64,000 bases of DNA. It comes from Chloroflexota bacterium. GTDB taxonomy: Bacteria > Chloroflexota > Limnocylindria > Limnocylindrales > CSP1-4. Each line of letters starts with the position of its first letter. Position 1 is the first letter of the stretch. The notes under the pieces are model-generated. The model had not been told where the DNA came from, did not search any database, and worked only from the letters and a program-made list of their open reading frames with translations. Made by a program: the position numbers and the translations under genes. The DNA lies in the NCBI GenBank assembly GCA_026004015.1, contig BPIH01000007.1:4229-68228 (forward strand). Reading direction: 5' to 3'. Positions 25,036 through 36,197 of the stretch are shown piece after piece.

Positions 25036-26466
25036 ATGTCGGAGCCGACCCGCCGACTCGCTGGCCGCCTCATCGGCCTCGGGGTGACGGGCTCCATCGC
25101 CGCCTACAAGGCGATCGAGCTCGCCCGTCGCCTCGTCGAGGAGGGGGCCGAGGTCGTCGCCATGCTCACGCCGTCGGCGACCCGCTTCGTGGCCCCCCTC
25201 ACCTTCGAGGCCCTCACTCGCCACGCCGTCGATACCGACGTCCTCGAGCTCCTCCCCGACGGCCGGATCGGCCACATCGTCGTCGCCGACGCCGCCGACG
25301 CCATCGTCGTCGCCCCGGCGACGGCCCACTGGCTCGGGGCGATGGCCCATGGTCTGGCCGGCGACCCGGTGAGCGCCGCCTGCCTCGCCACGAAGGCCCC
25401 CGTCGTCGTCGCCCCGGCCATGGACGGCGACATGTACCGCCACCCGGCGACGGTCGCCAACGTCGCCCGCCTCCGGGAGTTCGGCTACCGGATCGTCGAG
25501 CCCGAGGTCGGGCCCCTCGCCTCGGGCCAGGTCGGCCTCGGGCGCCTCGCCGAGCTCGACCGAATCGTCGAGGCCGTCGTCGAGGCGATCGGGGAGCGGC
25601 CGATCCGGGCCCCCGACCCGACCCTCCGCCCTCCCCTCGCCGCCGGGCCGCCGCGACCCGAGGACCTCACCGGCCGCCGGGTCGTCGTCACCGCCGGCGG
25701 GACCGCCGAGCCCATCGATCCGGTCCGCTTCATCGGCAACCGCTCGTCGGGTCGGATGGGGATCGCCGTCGCCGAAGCCGCCCTCGCCCGAGGGGCCGAG
25801 GTGACCCTCATCGTCGGGCGGATCGAGGTGCCGCCGCCGGAGGCCGCCCACGTCATCCAGGCCGAAACGGCCGCCGACATGGCCGCCGCCGTCTACCGGG
25901 CCGTCCTCGGGCCGACGGCCGGGGCGACGCCGGATTCGACCACCGAAGGGCCACCGCTCGCCCCGACGAGCCGGGCGCCCGCCGCCGACGTGCTCGTCAT
26001 GGCCGCCGCCGTTGCCGACTTCCGCCCCGCCCGACCCGCCGCCCGGAAGCTCCCGCGGAGCGAGCGGCTCGTCCTCGAGCTCGAGCCGACCGAGGATATC
26101 CTCGCCGGCCTCGCCGAGCGCCTTGCCGACCGACCCCACCGGGAGCGCCCGGTCGTGGTCGCCTTCGCCGCCGAGACCGGGGACCTGGGCCGGGCGGCGG
26201 CCAAGCTCGCCGCCAAGGGGGCCGACTTCCTCGTCGCCAACGACGTTCTCGCCCCCGACGCGGGCTTCGGGGTCGCCACGAACCGGGTCACGATCTTCGC
26301 CCCGGACGCGCCGCCGGAGCCGTGGCCGCTCCTCCCGAAGCGGGAGGTCGCCGAGCGGATCCTCGACCGGGTCGTCCGGCTCCTCGACGAACGGAGCGTC
26401 CAGGCCGGCGAGCTCGCCGGGGCGGGACGCCGAGACTCGAGCGGGAATGGAGGCGCACATCGATGA
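25036..26466 (+). CDS. coaBC: bifunctional phosphopantothenoylcysteine decarboxylase / phosphopantothenate-cysteine ligase
   Basis: 476-aa ORF. The N-terminal flavoprotein domain has [25 protein letters not shown]. The C-terminal DFP domain has ..[24 protein letters not shown].. and ..AAAVADFRP.. Confidence 0.92.
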   Translation: MSEPTRRLAGRLIGLGVTGSIAAYKAIELARRLVEEGAEVVAMLTPSATRFVAPLTFEALTRHAVDTDVLELLPDGRIGHIVVADAADAIVVAPATAHWLGAMAHGLAGDPVSAACLATKAPVVVAPAMDGDMYRHPATVANVARLREFGYRIVEPEVGPLASGQVGLGRLAELDRIVEAVVEAIGERPIRAPDPTLRPPLAAGPPRPEDLTGRRVVVTAGGTAEPIDPVRFIGNRSSGRMGIAVAEAALARGAEVTLIVGRIEVPPPEAAHVIQAETAADMAAAVYRAVLGPTAGATPDSTTEGPPLAPTSRAPAADVLVMAAAVADFRPARPAARKLPRSERLVLELEPTEDILAGLAERLADRPHRERPVVVAFAAETGDLGRAAAKLAAKGADFLVANDVLAPDAGFGVATNRVTIFAPDAPPEPWPLLPKREVAERILDRVVRLLDERSVQAGELAGAGRRDSSGNGGAHR

Positions 26467-27473
26467 GCGCAACGGGTTCGAACGACGCCGTCCGGCGCCT
26501 CACGGTGACCGACATCGCCCGGATGCACGCCGAGGGCGAGCGGATCGCCATGCTCACCGCCTACGACTACCCGACGGCTCGACTCCTCGACGAGGCGGGC
26601 ATCCCGATCATCCTCGTCGGCGATTCCGTCGGCCGGGCGATCCTCGGCTACGAGAACGAGATCCCGGTCTCGATGGCCGACATGCTCCACCACACCCGGG
26701 CCGTCAGTCGGGGGGCGCGGCGGGCCCTCGTCGTCGGCGACATGCCCTTCCTCTCCTACGCCACCCCGGAGCGGGCCCTCGAGAACGCCGGTCGCTTCCT
26801 CGCCGAGGGCGGGGCCCAGGCGGTGAAGGTCGAGGGCGGCGTCCGGAGTGCCCGGATCATCGAGACCCTCGTTCGGGCCGGGATCGCCGTCATGGGCCAC
26901 ATCGGCCTGACGCCCCAGGCGATCCACACCATCGGTCGGGTCCGGGTCCAGGGGCGGACGAAGGAGGCCGCCCGTCGACTCCTCGCCGACGCCCAGGCCG
27001 TGGCCGAGGCCGGCGCCTTCGCCGTCGTCCTCGAGCTCGTCCCGGTCCAGCTGGCGGCGGCCATCACCGAGCGGCTCCGGATCCCGACTATCGGCATCGG
27101 GGCCGGGCCCTTCTGCTCGGGCCAGGTCCAGGTCGTCACCGACCTTCTCGGCCTCGACACCTGGCGCCCGAAGCACGCCCGGGCCTACGCCGACCTCCGA
27201 TCGACGATCCTCGAGGCGGTCCGCGCCTACGCCGCCGACGTCGCCGCCGGCAGCTTCCCGAGCGAGGCGGAATCGGTTCGGATGGACGACGCCGTCCTCG
27301 ACGAGGTCCTCGGGCGGGGCCGGCTCGATCGAGCGGGCGATGGGAGCGAGCGGCCGAGCGAACGGGCGAGCGAGCGGGCGACCGATGGGCAACCGACGGC
27401 CGCCGGCGCCGAGCCCACACCCGCCGCCGAAGGGCCGGGGCCAGGCTGGATCCCTCTCGACCGCGATCTGTGA
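26463..27473 (+). CDS. panB: 3-methyl-2-oxobutanoate hydroxymethyltransferase
   Basis: ATG 26463 overlaps the coaBC stop (ATGA). ..[26 protein letters not shown].., ..GDMPFLSY.., ..VKVEGG.. and ..GHIGLTPQ.. The Ala/Gly/Glu-rich C-terminal tail is unusual. Confidence 0.92.
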   Translation: MSATGSNDAVRRLTVTDIARMHAEGERIAMLTAYDYPTARLLDEAGIPIILVGDSVGRAILGYENEIPVSMADMLHHTRAVSRGARRALVVGDMPFLSYATPERALENAGRFLAEGGAQAVKVEGGVRSARIIETLVRAGIAVMGHIGLTPQAIHTIGRVRVQGRTKEAARRLLADAQAVAEAGAFAVVLELVPVQLAAAITERLRIPTIGIGAGPFCSGQVQVVTDLLGLDTWRPKHARAYADLRSTILEAVRAYAADVAAGSFPSEAESVRMDDAVLDEVLGRGRLDRAGDGSERPSERASERATDGQPTAAGAEPTPAAEGPGPGWIPLDRDL

Positions 27474-28432
27474 GCCGACCGAGCCCACCCGGCGAGGCCG
27501 CGCCGGTCGACGCCAGGACCGCGGACGCCTCGCCGGTCGACACCGCGCCCCCCGACGGCCGCCCGACCGTCGTCCGCACCCGCCGCGAGCTCCGCGAGGC
27601 CGTCGCTCGCCTCCCCCGCCCCATCGGCTTCGTGCCGACCATGGGGGCCCTCCACGAGGGACACCGCGCCCTTATCCGGCGTGCCCGGACCGAGAACGCG
27701 GGCGTCGTCGTGTCCATCTTCGTCAACCCCCGCCAGTTCGAGCGAGCCGACGATCTCGCCGCCTACCCCCGGACCGAAGCCGAGGACCTCGCCGTCTGTC
27801 GAGCGGAGGGGGTCGACGTCGTCTTCATCCCCCCGGTCGAGGAGATCTACCCGGCCGGCTTCCAGACGACGGTCCGGGTCGGCGCCCTCGCCGAACCCCT
27901 CGAGGGGGCGGCCCGACCCGGCCACCTGGAAGGGGTGACGACGGTGGTGGCGATCCTCTTCGGGCTCGTCGGGGCGGAGCGATCGTATTTCGGCGAGAAG
28001 GACGCCCAGCAGCTCCGGGTCGTCCGGCGGATGGTGGCCGACCTCGCCATCCCGACCGAGATCGTCGCCTGCCCGACGGTCCGCGAACCCGACGGGCTCG
28101 CCTGCTCGTCCCGGAACGTCCGGCTCTCGGCCCGGGGCCGGGCCGCGGCACCGCTCCTCCACCGGGCCCTCCTCGCCGGACGGGCTCGGATCCTGGCCGG
28201 CGAGCGCTCGGCCGAGGCGGTTCGAGAGGCGATCCGGGCCGTCATCGGCACCGAGCCGGCCATCGAGCTCGACTACGTCTCGGCCGCCGACGAGGCGACC
28301 CTCGACGAGCTCGAGACGATCGATCGGCCGACCCTCCTCTCGCTCGCCGCCCGGATCGAGGGAGTCCGGCTCATCGACAACGAGCTCGTCGTCCCGCTCC
28401 GGGGGACAGCGCAGGGGGAACCGGAGGGGTAG
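27470..28432 (+). CDS. panC: pantoate--beta-alanine ligase
   Basis: GTG 27470 overlaps the panB stop (GTGA). ..[17 protein letters not shown].., ..SIFVNPRQF.., ..[15 protein letters not shown].. and ..[10 protein letters not shown].. Confidence 0.9.
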   Translation: MSRPSPPGEAAPVDARTADASPVDTAPPDGRPTVVRTRRELREAVARLPRPIGFVPTMGALHEGHRALIRRARTENAGVVVSIFVNPRQFERADDLAAYPRTEAEDLAVCRAEGVDVVFIPPVEEIYPAGFQTTVRVGALAEPLEGAARPGHLEGVTTVVAILFGLVGAERSYFGEKDAQQLRVVRRMVADLAIPTEIVACPTVREPDGLACSSRNVRLSARGRAAAPLLHRALLAGRARILAGERSAEAVREAIRAVIGTEPAIELDYVSAADEATLDELETIDRPTLLSLAARIEGVRLIDNELVVPLRGTAQGEPEG

Positions 28433-28484
28433 AGCGCCGGTTCGGCGGACGGGCCGCCCTCGGCTTCCGCGTCGGCGAGCTCCT

Positions 28485-29642
28485 TCAAGCCGCCATCGGC
28501 GCGGCGGCTTCCAGAACCCGGTCGATGGCGAGGTGCTCCCAGACGAGGGCCTTGATGAGCTCGATCTTGCCGCGGTCCGAGGGATGGGTCTTGACGAGGA
28601 GATCGTGGATCGCCGAGGCGACGACGTACGTGTCGTCCTCGACGAGGGTGCAGAAGAGGTCGGCCCGTCGGATGGCATCGAGGACGGCTCGCCGGGGCCG
28701 GTAACCGCCGGTGAGGACGAGCCCGAGGGCGACCCCCGGCCGCTCGGCACCCCCGCTCGCCGCCGTCGAGCGACCGACCGAACCCCGCGCGCCACCCGCC
28801 GGACCGACGAGGTGGGTCGTGGCGATGGCGAGGAGGACGTCCTCCCGGTCGCCGGGCACGATGACGAGAGTCCCGGGTCCGATCCGCTCGAGGACGTGCT
28901 CGGGCTCCATGGCGCCGATGGCGACCTCGTCGATGACGGCGTCGAGGTTCGGGCCCTCGTGGATTGGCTCGCCGCGGACGCCCTCGAGGACCATGGCGAG
29001 GGTCGGGTTCGAAAGGATCGGTCGGTACGGGAGGACGCCGAGGAGGGGAATGCCATGGAGGGCGAGCCCGCGCTCGAGGATCCGGGGCAGGTCGGGACGG
29101 GCGTCGACGTCGACCTTGTTCACGATGGCTCCCGCCACCCGCACCCCTTCGCGGGCGAAGAGGGCGGCGTTGACGACGATCTCGTCGATGGGTCGACCGA
29201 CCCCGCCTTCGGAGACGATGATCGCCGGCGCCCCGAGGAGGGCGGCGACGGTCGCGTTCGAGAGGCCGATGACGGCGCCGACGCCGGCGTGGCCCGTCCC
29301 TTCGATGAGGAGGATCTCGCGCCGGGCGGCGAGCTCGGCGTGGGCGGCCCGGATCCGGCCGGCGAGGTCGTCGACGATCTGGCCCTCGATGTAGGCCCGG
29401 GTGAAGCCGCGGGGGATGTGGACGGGGCTCATGAGGGCGAGGGGATCGTCGAGGTCGAAGACGCTCTTCATGAGGACGGCGTCCTCGTCGGCCGGCACGC
29501 CGTCCTCGATGACGTAGCGCTGGCCGACGGGCTTGATGAAGCCGGCGTCGAAGCCACGCCGCCGGAAGCCGTCGAGGACGCCGAGGGCGACCGTCGTCTT
29601 GCCCCGGTTCTGGCCGGTCGCGGCGAGGTAGATCTGGCGCAT
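28485..29642 (-). CDS. stand-alone BioD-like P-loop + DRTGG domain protein (like the N-terminal two domains of long phosphotransacetylases, without the PTA catalytic domain)
   Basis: MRQIYLAATGQNRGKTTVALG.., ..LLIEGTGHAGVG.. and ..LVIVPGDREDVLLA.. GGAGG lies 5 nt upstream of ATG 29640-29642. Confidence 0.72.
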   Translation of the reverse strand: MRQIYLAATGQNRGKTTVALGVLDGFRRRGFDAGFIKPVGQRYVIEDGVPADEDAVLMKSVFDLDDPLALMSPVHIPRGFTRAYIEGQIVDDLAGRIRAAHAELAARREILLIEGTGHAGVGAVIGLSNATVAALLGAPAIIVSEGGVGRPIDEIVVNAALFAREGVRVAGAIVNKVDVDARPDLPRILERGLALHGIPLLGVLPYRPILSNPTLAMVLEGVRGEPIHEGPNLDAVIDEVAIGAMEPEHVLERIGPGTLVIVPGDREDVLLAIATTHLVGPAGGARGSVGRSTAASGGAERPGVALGLVLTGGYRPRRAVLDAIRRADLFCTLVEDDTYVVASAIHDLLVKTHPSDRGKIELIKALVWEHLAIDRVLEAAAPMAA

Positions 29643-29779
29643 CCCGTCCTCCGCTCGGCTCCCTGGCGTGCCCTCGTTCCTCGGCAGTCCGTCGTCTGGC
29701 AGCCCTGCGTCGCCTCTCGCTCCTCCGTGGGTTCCCGCCCTGCGCTGACGTCGTCCGCGCCCCGCCCCTCGCCGCTCGC

Positions 29780-30391
29780 CTAGCTCCGGCCGCGGGCGCC
29801 CGTCTTCCGTTCGATGAGGGCGATGGCGTCTCGCAGCCGGGTGATCGTCTCCTCTTCGACGGCGTCGGGCTCGAGGTACGGGCCGAGCCGCTCGAGGACG
29901 TCGGCGACGAGGCCGAGGAAGACGCTCGCGTCGGCGACGAAGAACTGGGGCTCGTTGTTGTAGCGGACGAGGGTGAGCCGGCCCTGGAGGACCCGCCGGT
30001 CGTCGACGTGGGCGATCTGGGTCGAGAAGTTGTGGCCCTGGATCCCGTCGGGGTTGTTCAGGAAGTTCAGGGCGTTGTCGATGGCGAGGCCGAAGCGAGC
30101 CCGCCAGGCGACGAGGCGCTCGTGGACCTCGGGCGGGATCCGGACCTCGGCGACCTCGTCGAAGACCTCGGGGGCGACGGTGAGGAGACCGACGAGGGTC
30201 GTCCCGGCCCGGGGCCCGAGCATGACCTGGAGGGATCGCTCGAGGGTGAACACCTCCGAATCGAAGCGGGGGCTCGTGATGACGTCGGTCAGGAGGTCCT
30301 CGACGTTGTCGAGCATCCCCGGCTCGGCGAGGGCGTTCGCCAGGTGGAGGATCTCCTCCTTGAAGAGGAACTTTTCTTCGTGGTCGAGCAT
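29780..30391 (-). CDS. hypothetical protein (203 aa)
   Basis: Coding-looking tail of the 1080-aa ORF 29780..33022 starting MLDHEEKFLFKEEILHLANALAEPGMLDNVEDLL.. No family recognised. Confidence 0.6.
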   Translation of the reverse strand: MLDHEEKFLFKEEILHLANALAEPGMLDNVEDLLTDVITSPRFDSEVFTLERSLQVMLGPRAGTTLVGLLTVAPEVFDEVAEVRIPPEVHERLVAWRARFGLAIDNALNFLNNPDGIQGHNFSTQIAHVDDRRVLQGRLTLVRYNNEPQFFVADASVFLGLVADVLERLGPYLEPDAVEEETITRLRDAIALIERKTGARGRS

Positions 30392-30513
30392 GACCGCATC
30401 GTAGCACCGGGCGGGTGCCGGCCTTCCGGTCGAAGCGAGGCGGGAGCGGCGGCGCCGAACGAAGCGGACACCGCCGGCGGGGGACGAACCGCTGACGAAC
30501 TGCTGACGAACCG

Positions 30514-31779
30514 CTACGGGTAGAGGCCGCGCATGGCCGTCGCGTCGGCGACCCGCTGGACGGCGAGGAGGTAGGCCGCGAGGCGGTTGTCGCAGGCCTC
30601 GCGGGTCGCCATGCTGCGAACCTCGGAGAAGGCCTTGACCATGATCTCGCGGAGCTTGGCGTTCACGATCGTCTCGCTCCAGTGGTCGCGGTTGAGGTCC
30701 TGGACCCACTCGAAGTAGCTCACCGTCACCCCGCCGGCGTTGCAGAGGATGTCGGGGATGACGAAGACGCCGCGCCGGAAGAGGATGGCGTCGGCCTCGG
30801 GGGTCGTCGGTCCGTTCGCCGCCTCGGCGACGATCCGGGCCCCGATCCGCTCGGCGTTCCGCTCGGTGATGACGTTCTCGAGGGCGGCCGGGATGAGGAC
30901 GTCGCAAGGGAGCTCGAGGAGATCGGCGTTCGAGATCGGCTCGGCGCCGGGGAAGCCGACGACGGTCCCGTGCTCCCGCTTCCAGGCCATGACCCGCTCG
31001 ACGTCGAGGCCCTCCTCGCGGTGGATCCCGCCGCTCGAATCGGAGACGGCGATGACCTTCGAGCCCTCGGCCGCCATGAGCCGGGCGGCGATGGAGCCGG
31101 CGTTGCCGAAGCCCTGGACGGCCACGGTCGCCCCGTTCAGGTCGAGCTCGAGCTCGCGGGCGGCCTCGATGATCGTGTAGACGACGCCGCGGGCCGTCGC
31201 CTCGGCCCGACCCTCGGAGCCGCCGAGGCTGATCGGCTTGCCGGTCACGACCCCGGGCACGGTGTAGCCGACGTGCATCGAGTAGGTGTCCATCATCCAG
31301 GCCATGACCTGGGCGTTCGTGTTCACGTCGGGGGCCGGGATGTCGCGCTCGGGCCCGATGAGGACGCTGATCTCCGTCGTGAAGCGGCGGGTCAGGGCCT
31401 CGAGCTCCTTCATCGAGAGCTTCTTCGGGTCGACGACGACGCCACCCTTGCCGCCGCCGAAGGGGATGGCGACGACGGCGCACTTCCAGGTCATCCACAT
31501 GGCGAGGGCCTTCACCTCGTCGAGGGTGACGTCGGGGTGGTAGCGGATGCCGCCCTTGGCCGGACCGCGGCCGAGGTTGTGCTGGACCCGGTAGCCGGTC
31601 AAGACCTGGACGGAGCCGTCGTCCATCTTGACCGGGAAGTGGACGGTCAGCTCGCGGCGGGGCTCGCGGAGGACCCGCCGGAGGCCGGGGTCGAGGTTGA
31701 GGCGGTCGGCGGCGAGGTCGAACTGCCGCTGGGCGACGTGCCAGGGATTGATCGCGGCCGCTGCGTGCTCGGTGGCCAT
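30514..31779 (-). CDS. gdhA: Glu/Leu/Phe/Val-family NAD(P)-glutamate dehydrogenase
   Basis: MATEHAAAAINPW.. with GGAGG upstream. ..GRGPAKGGIRYHPDV.., ..KCAVVAIPFGGGKGGV.. and ..VAVQGFGNAGS.. Confidence 0.92.
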   Translation of the reverse strand: MATEHAAAAINPWHVAQRQFDLAADRLNLDPGLRRVLREPRRELTVHFPVKMDDGSVQVLTGYRVQHNLGRGPAKGGIRYHPDVTLDEVKALAMWMTWKCAVVAIPFGGGKGGVVVDPKKLSMKELEALTRRFTTEISVLIGPERDIPAPDVNTNAQVMAWMMDTYSMHVGYTVPGVVTGKPISLGGSEGRAEATARGVVYTIIEAARELELDLNGATVAVQGFGNAGSIAARLMAAEGSKVIAVSDSSGGIHREEGLDVERVMAWKREHGTVVGFPGAEPISNADLLELPCDVLIPAALENVITERNAERIGARIVAEAANGPTTPEADAILFRRGVFVIPDILCNAGGVTVSYFEWVQDLNRDHWSETIVNAKLREIMVKAFSEVRSMATREACDNRLAAYLLAVQRVADATAMRGLYP

Positions 31780-32073
31780 CGAGGTGCCTCCATTTCCGGA
31801 TGCCGGGTGCGCGGCGATCCGGCTGGTGAGCCGTCTCCCGGACGACTCCACGGGGCGCGGCGCCGCCCGTTGCTCGGATGCGGGCGACGGTTCGCGTCCG
31901 AGAACGGGGCCGAGTATAGCCAGCCCGAGGAGGGGTTCGGATGGCCGCTTCGGCCCCTTTCAGGGGCCCGTCCAGCCCGGGTTGCGGTCGTCGCGGCGGG
32001 ATGGTGGCGGCCGGCGTTGGGGCGGGCGTTGGAGGCCGTCGGGGCGGGCGTGGCGGCCGGCGTGGCGGCCGGC

Positions 32074-32922
32074 TCAGGCCCGAAGGACGACCCCGCCGAC
32101 GCAGCCCGGCCCGAGGTGCGGGCCGACCGAAGCGCCGACGGGCTGCACGGTGACCCGCTCCTCGGCGATCCCGCCGGGCACCCGCCCCAGGAACGCCGCC
32201 CGGAAGGCGTCGATCTCCCCGCCGGGCGTGTAGAGGAGGGCCGCCCGTTCGACGGGTTTCGCCGTCAGGAGCTCGAGGACCCGCTCCCGGGCCTTGCCGC
32301 GGGTGCGCACCCGGTCGGCCGTCTCGACGACGCCGTCGCGGACGGTAATGATCGGCTTCACCGAGAGGACGCCGCCGATGGCGGCCTGGGCGGCGCTGAT
32401 CCGCCCGCCGCGCCGGAGGTACTCGAGGGTGTCGATGGCGACGTAGAGGTCGATGCGGGGGATCATCTCGGTCGTCAGGCGGGCGATGTCGGCGGCCGGT
32501 GCCCCGGCGGCGGCCATCTCGGCGGCGATCTCGGCGAGCATGCCGACCCCCATCGAGGCGAGCTGGGAATCGACGACGTGGATCTCCCGGTCGGCGAGGA
32601 GCCCCCGGGCGATCTCGGCGCTCTTGAAGGTCCCGGAGAGCTTGCTGCCGACGGTGATGCAGACGATCGCGTCGGCGCCGGCAGCGAAGGCGGCTTCGAA
32701 GGCCGCCTGGAAGTCGCCGGGGGCGGCGGCAGCCGTCGTCGGGAAGGGGGCCCCGGGCGCGAGCATCCGCTCCCAGAAGGCGTCGGTCGAGAGGTCGACG
32801 CCGGCTCGGAAGCTCTCCTCGCCGAAGCGGACGATGAGGGGGACGACGACGATGCCGTGCCGGGCGGCTCGGTCCGGCGGCAGGTCGGACGCGGAATCGG
32901 TGACGACGGCGACTCGGCCCAC
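32074..32922 (-). CDS. DegV-family fatty-acid-binding protein
   Basis: ORF track. ..VAVVTDSASDLP.., ..PTTAAAAPGDF.., ..IVCITVGSKLSGTFKSA.. and ..TLEYLRRGGRI.. A GGAGGAGG SD precedes the GTG. Confidence 0.9.
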   Translation of the reverse strand: MGRVAVVTDSASDLPPDRAARHGIVVVPLIVRFGEESFRAGVDLSTDAFWERMLAPGAPFPTTAAAAPGDFQAAFEAAFAAGADAIVCITVGSKLSGTFKSAEIARGLLADREIHVVDSQLASMGVGMLAEIAAEMAAAGAPAADIARLTTEMIPRIDLYVAIDTLEYLRRGGRISAAQAAIGGVLSVKPIITVRDGVVETADRVRTRGKARERVLELLTAKPVERAALLYTPGGEIDAFRAAFLGRVPGGIAEERVTVQPVGASVGPHLGPGCVGGVVLRA

Positions 32923-33097
32923 GGCTCCTCCTCCATCCCCCCTCGTTTCCGGCGGATTCTAGCCGGCTCTGGCTGCCGGATCGAGGCGTTCCCCGTGCCG
33001 TGACGGGAGCTTGGTCCGGCATGCGGCGCCTCGGCGAGTTCGACCCGGCGGGCCGGAGTTGGCAGGCTCCCGCGGCCCGCGGTGACGGCGCGGGGAG

Positions 33098-34387
33098 CTA
33101 CGGCTCCTCGGCGAGTTCGACCCGGCCCTCCGGCGCTCCCGCCCCGACGACGTGCTCGAGGGCTCGCAGGCGCGCGAGCGGCAGGAGAGCGACGACGAGG
33201 AGGGCGACGGTCGCTCCGAACAGGCCGTCGATCCCGGCCCGATCGGCGGCGAGCCCCCCGACGAGGGCGCCCCCGATCTGGCCCACGGCCAGGAAGACCG
33301 AGTAGAGGCCCATGATCGCCCCTCGATCCGCCGGGAAGGCCTCGCTGATGTCGGCCAGGAGGCCGAGGGCGGCCGGGGTCGCCCCGGCGAGAACAAAGAG
33401 CCCGGCCAGGAGGACGACGGCACCGCCGACGAGGAGGAGCGGCGTCCCGCCGCTGTGATTCACCGCGGCCCCGGCCACGGCGACGACGCCTCCCCCGCAG
33501 ATGCCGTAGAAGATGATCGTCGTCCGGCGGGTCGTCTTGAACCGCTCGCCCCAGAAGGCGAGGCCGGCGAAGAAGACGACGAGGCCGACCGCCAGGCCGA
33601 GACTGATCTCCACCGGGTCGAGGCCGCCCATGAGGAGCTGGTCCTCGAACCCGGGCCGCGGCTCGCTCACGAGCTGGAAGATCGACTGGGTCGTCCAGAG
33701 CCCGATGGCCGCGTTGACGGCGATCCAGGTCGGCGCCAGGAGCCAGACGTGAGCGCTGCGGAGGAGGGCGCCATAGCGTCGCCAGCCGTAGTGGGGCGCC
33801 CGGAGGGTGGCCGCCTCGCCGGCCGGGTCGGCGACGCCGAAGCGGTAGATCGCCCACGACACGCCGTAGAGGCCAGCGTTCACGAGGAAGGCCTGGCGGC
33901 CGAAGACCTCCCAGAAGAAGCCCGCCGCCACGAGTCCGCCCCCGAGGCCGGCGAGGGTAGCGCCCTCGAAGCGGGCCGAGGCGCGGCCGCGGAGGAGCTC
34001 GTCTCCGGCGGTGACCATGGCGATGTAGCCGAGGATCGAGGGGACGGAGGCGGCCGTCGAGGAGCCCTCGAGCCAGCGGGTGAAGCCGAGGACGACGAGG
34101 TCCGTCGTCGCCCAGGTGAGGACGACGGCCACGGCCCCGAACATGGGCCCGAACTCCATGACTCGGTGGTGGCCGAGGCGGTCCGAGAGGAGGCCGAAGG
34201 GCGGCGACAGGACGAGCTCGGCGACGAAGAAGGTGGCGGCGAAGAGGCCGACGACGACAGCGTCGACGACGGGGCCGCCGTGGCGCGGGAGCTCGGCGAG
34301 GTAGTAGGCGAGGAGGGCGCCGGTCAGGCCGGTCGAGAAGCGGAGGGTGAAGGTGCCGACGATGACCGAGCGGAGCGAGCGATCCAT
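33098..34387 (-). CDS. MFS transporter
   Basis: 429-aa tail of ORF 33098..35137 from MDRSLRSVIVGTF.. It has about 12 hydrophobic segments, and ..PPFGLLSDRLGHHRV.. is the MFS loop 2-3 motif. Confidence 0.85.
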   Translation of the reverse strand: MDRSLRSVIVGTFTLRFSTGLTGALLAYYLAELPRHGGPVVDAVVVGLFAATFFVAELVLSPPFGLLSDRLGHHRVMEFGPMFGAVAVVLTWATTDLVVLGFTRWLEGSSTAASVPSILGYIAMVTAGDELLRGRASARFEGATLAGLGGGLVAAGFFWEVFGRQAFLVNAGLYGVSWAIYRFGVADPAGEAATLRAPHYGWRRYGALLRSAHVWLLAPTWIAVNAAIGLWTTQSIFQLVSEPRPGFEDQLLMGGLDPVEISLGLAVGLVVFFAGLAFWGERFKTTRRTTIIFYGICGGGVVAVAGAAVNHSGGTPLLLVGGAVVLLAGLFVLAGATPAALGLLADISEAFPADRGAIMGLYSVFLAVGQIGGALVGGLAADRAGIDGLFGATVALLVVALLPLARLRALEHVVGAGAPEGRVELAEEP

Positions 34388-34535
34388 CGGCGGAAGGGTA
34401 GCGTCCGTGGCGCGCGCTGGAGGCCGCCGCCGCGAGGGCGCCGGGCCGCGAGGGCAGCCGCGGCCGCGAGCACGTCGACCGGCGATATCATCGGTCCTGC
34501 CCCGGCCTTCACCCCCTCGCACCGGAACGGAGCCG

Positions 34536-36197
34536 ATGCCGCCCCCGCGCCCCCTCGTTCCCGCCTTCCTCGCCCGCGGCGCCCGCGGCGCCGTCGTCGC
34601 CCCGCACCACCTCGCCGCCGAGGCGGGCCTCGGCGTCCTCCGGGCCGGCGGGAGCGCCGTCGACGCCGCCGTTGCCACGAACGCAGCCCTCGCCGTCGTC
34701 GCCCCGAACGCCTGCGGGCTCGGCGGCGACGCCTTCTGGCTCATCTGGGACGAAGCGAACCGCACCCTCCTCGCCCTCAACGGCTCCGGCCGCGCCCCGG
34801 CCGGCCTCGAACCGGCCGCCCTCCGCGCCCAGGGCCTCGACCGCCTCCCCCTCCGCGGCCCGTTGACGATCACCGTCCCCGGGGCCGTTCGCTCCTGGGC
34901 CGACGCCCACGCCCGCTTCGGCCGCCTCTCCCTCCCCTCGATCCTCGACCCGGCCATCGAGCTCGCTGCCGACGGCTTCCCGGCCTGGGACGGCTTCATC
35001 GCCTCGGTCGAGGCGACGGCCGAGCTCCTCCCCCGGGCCGGCGTCGACCCGACCGGTTGGGCCGCCGTCTTCCGGCCCGCCGGGCGGCCCTGGCGGGCGG
35101 GCGAACGCGTCCGCCTCCCCGCCCTCGCCACGACCATCGGCCACCTGGCGACGGTCGGCCTCGACGACTTCTACCTCGGCGAGCTCGCCGAGCGGCAGGT
35201 CGCCGCCCTCGCCGCCGCCGGTTCGCCGATCCGCCTCGACGACTTCCGAAACCACACCTCGACCTGGTCGTCGCCGATCACGGTCGACTATCGCGGCGTC
35301 ACCGTCGCCAGCCACCCGCCGAACAGCTCGGGGGTCGTGGCCCTCGAGATCCTCGGCCTCCTCGCCCGCTTCGAGCCGCCGGCCCCGGACGCCTTCGGCC
35401 CCGACGGGCCGACCGATCCCCACTGGGTTCACCTCGGCATCGAAGCGTCGAAGCTCGCCTTCGCCGACCGCGACGCTCACCTCACCGACCCGGAAGCGAT
35501 GACGGTGGACGCTGCCTGGTTCGTCGATCCCGGGCGGCTCGCCGACCTCGCCGCCGCCATCGATCACCGACGGTCCCGGGTCCCAGCCGCGGCCCGCAAC
35601 CCCGCCGGCGGCGGCACCGTCTTCTTCGCCGCCGTCGACGCCGACGGGAACGCCGTGAGCTGCATCGAGTCCCACTACATGGGCTTCGGGTCCGGCATCG
35701 CCGACCCGGCGACCGGCATCCACTACCAGAACCGGGGCGCCTACTTCAGCCTCGAGCCCGCCCACCCGAACGTCCTCGCCCCACGGAAGCGGACCCTCCA
35801 TACCCTGTTGCCGTGGATGCTCCTCCGCGACGGGCGACCCTGGATCGTCGGCGGATCGATGGGCGGGGACGCCCAGCCCCAGATCTGCGCCCAGCTCGTG
35901 TCGGCCATCGTCGACGGCGGTCTCGATGTCGCCGGGGCCGTCGCCCTGCCCCGCTGGTTCGTCGAGCCCGAGGCCCACTTCGAGCCGCCGGTCGAGGTCC
36001 GCATCGAGCCGCGCTTCGGCGGGGCCGTCGTCGAGGCGCTCCGGGCCCGCGGCCACCCCGTCACCCCGGTCGCGCCCTTCGACGCCCTCCTCGGACACGC
36101 CCACGCCATCGAGCTCGTCGACGGCGGGCCGGCCCGCGGGGGCACGCTCGCCGCGGCGACCGACCCGCGGAGCGCCGGGCTGCCGGCCGTGTGGTGA
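34536..36197 (+). CDS. ggt: gamma-glutamyltransferase family protein
   Basis: ATG 34536 has GGAG upstream. ..GGSAVDAAVA.., ..CGLGGDAF.. and ..GGGTVFFAAVDADGNAVS.. (autoprocessing Thr region), then ..GGSMGGDAQPQ.. Confidence 0.9.
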   Translation: MPPPRPLVPAFLARGARGAVVAPHHLAAEAGLGVLRAGGSAVDAAVATNAALAVVAPNACGLGGDAFWLIWDEANRTLLALNGSGRAPAGLEPAALRAQGLDRLPLRGPLTITVPGAVRSWADAHARFGRLSLPSILDPAIELAADGFPAWDGFIASVEATAELLPRAGVDPTGWAAVFRPAGRPWRAGERVRLPALATTIGHLATVGLDDFYLGELAERQVAALAAAGSPIRLDDFRNHTSTWSSPITVDYRGVTVASHPPNSSGVVALEILGLLARFEPPAPDAFGPDGPTDPHWVHLGIEASKLAFADRDAHLTDPEAMTVDAAWFVDPGRLADLAAAIDHRRSRVPAAARNPAGGGTVFFAAVDADGNAVSCIESHYMGFGSGIADPATGIHYQNRGAYFSLEPAHPNVLAPRKRTLHTLLPWMLLRDGRPWIVGGSMGGDAQPQICAQLVSAIVDGGLDVAGAVALPRWFVEPEAHFEPPVEVRIEPRFGGAVVEALRARGHPVTPVAPFDALLGHAHAIELVDGGPARGGTLAAATDPRSAGLPAVW

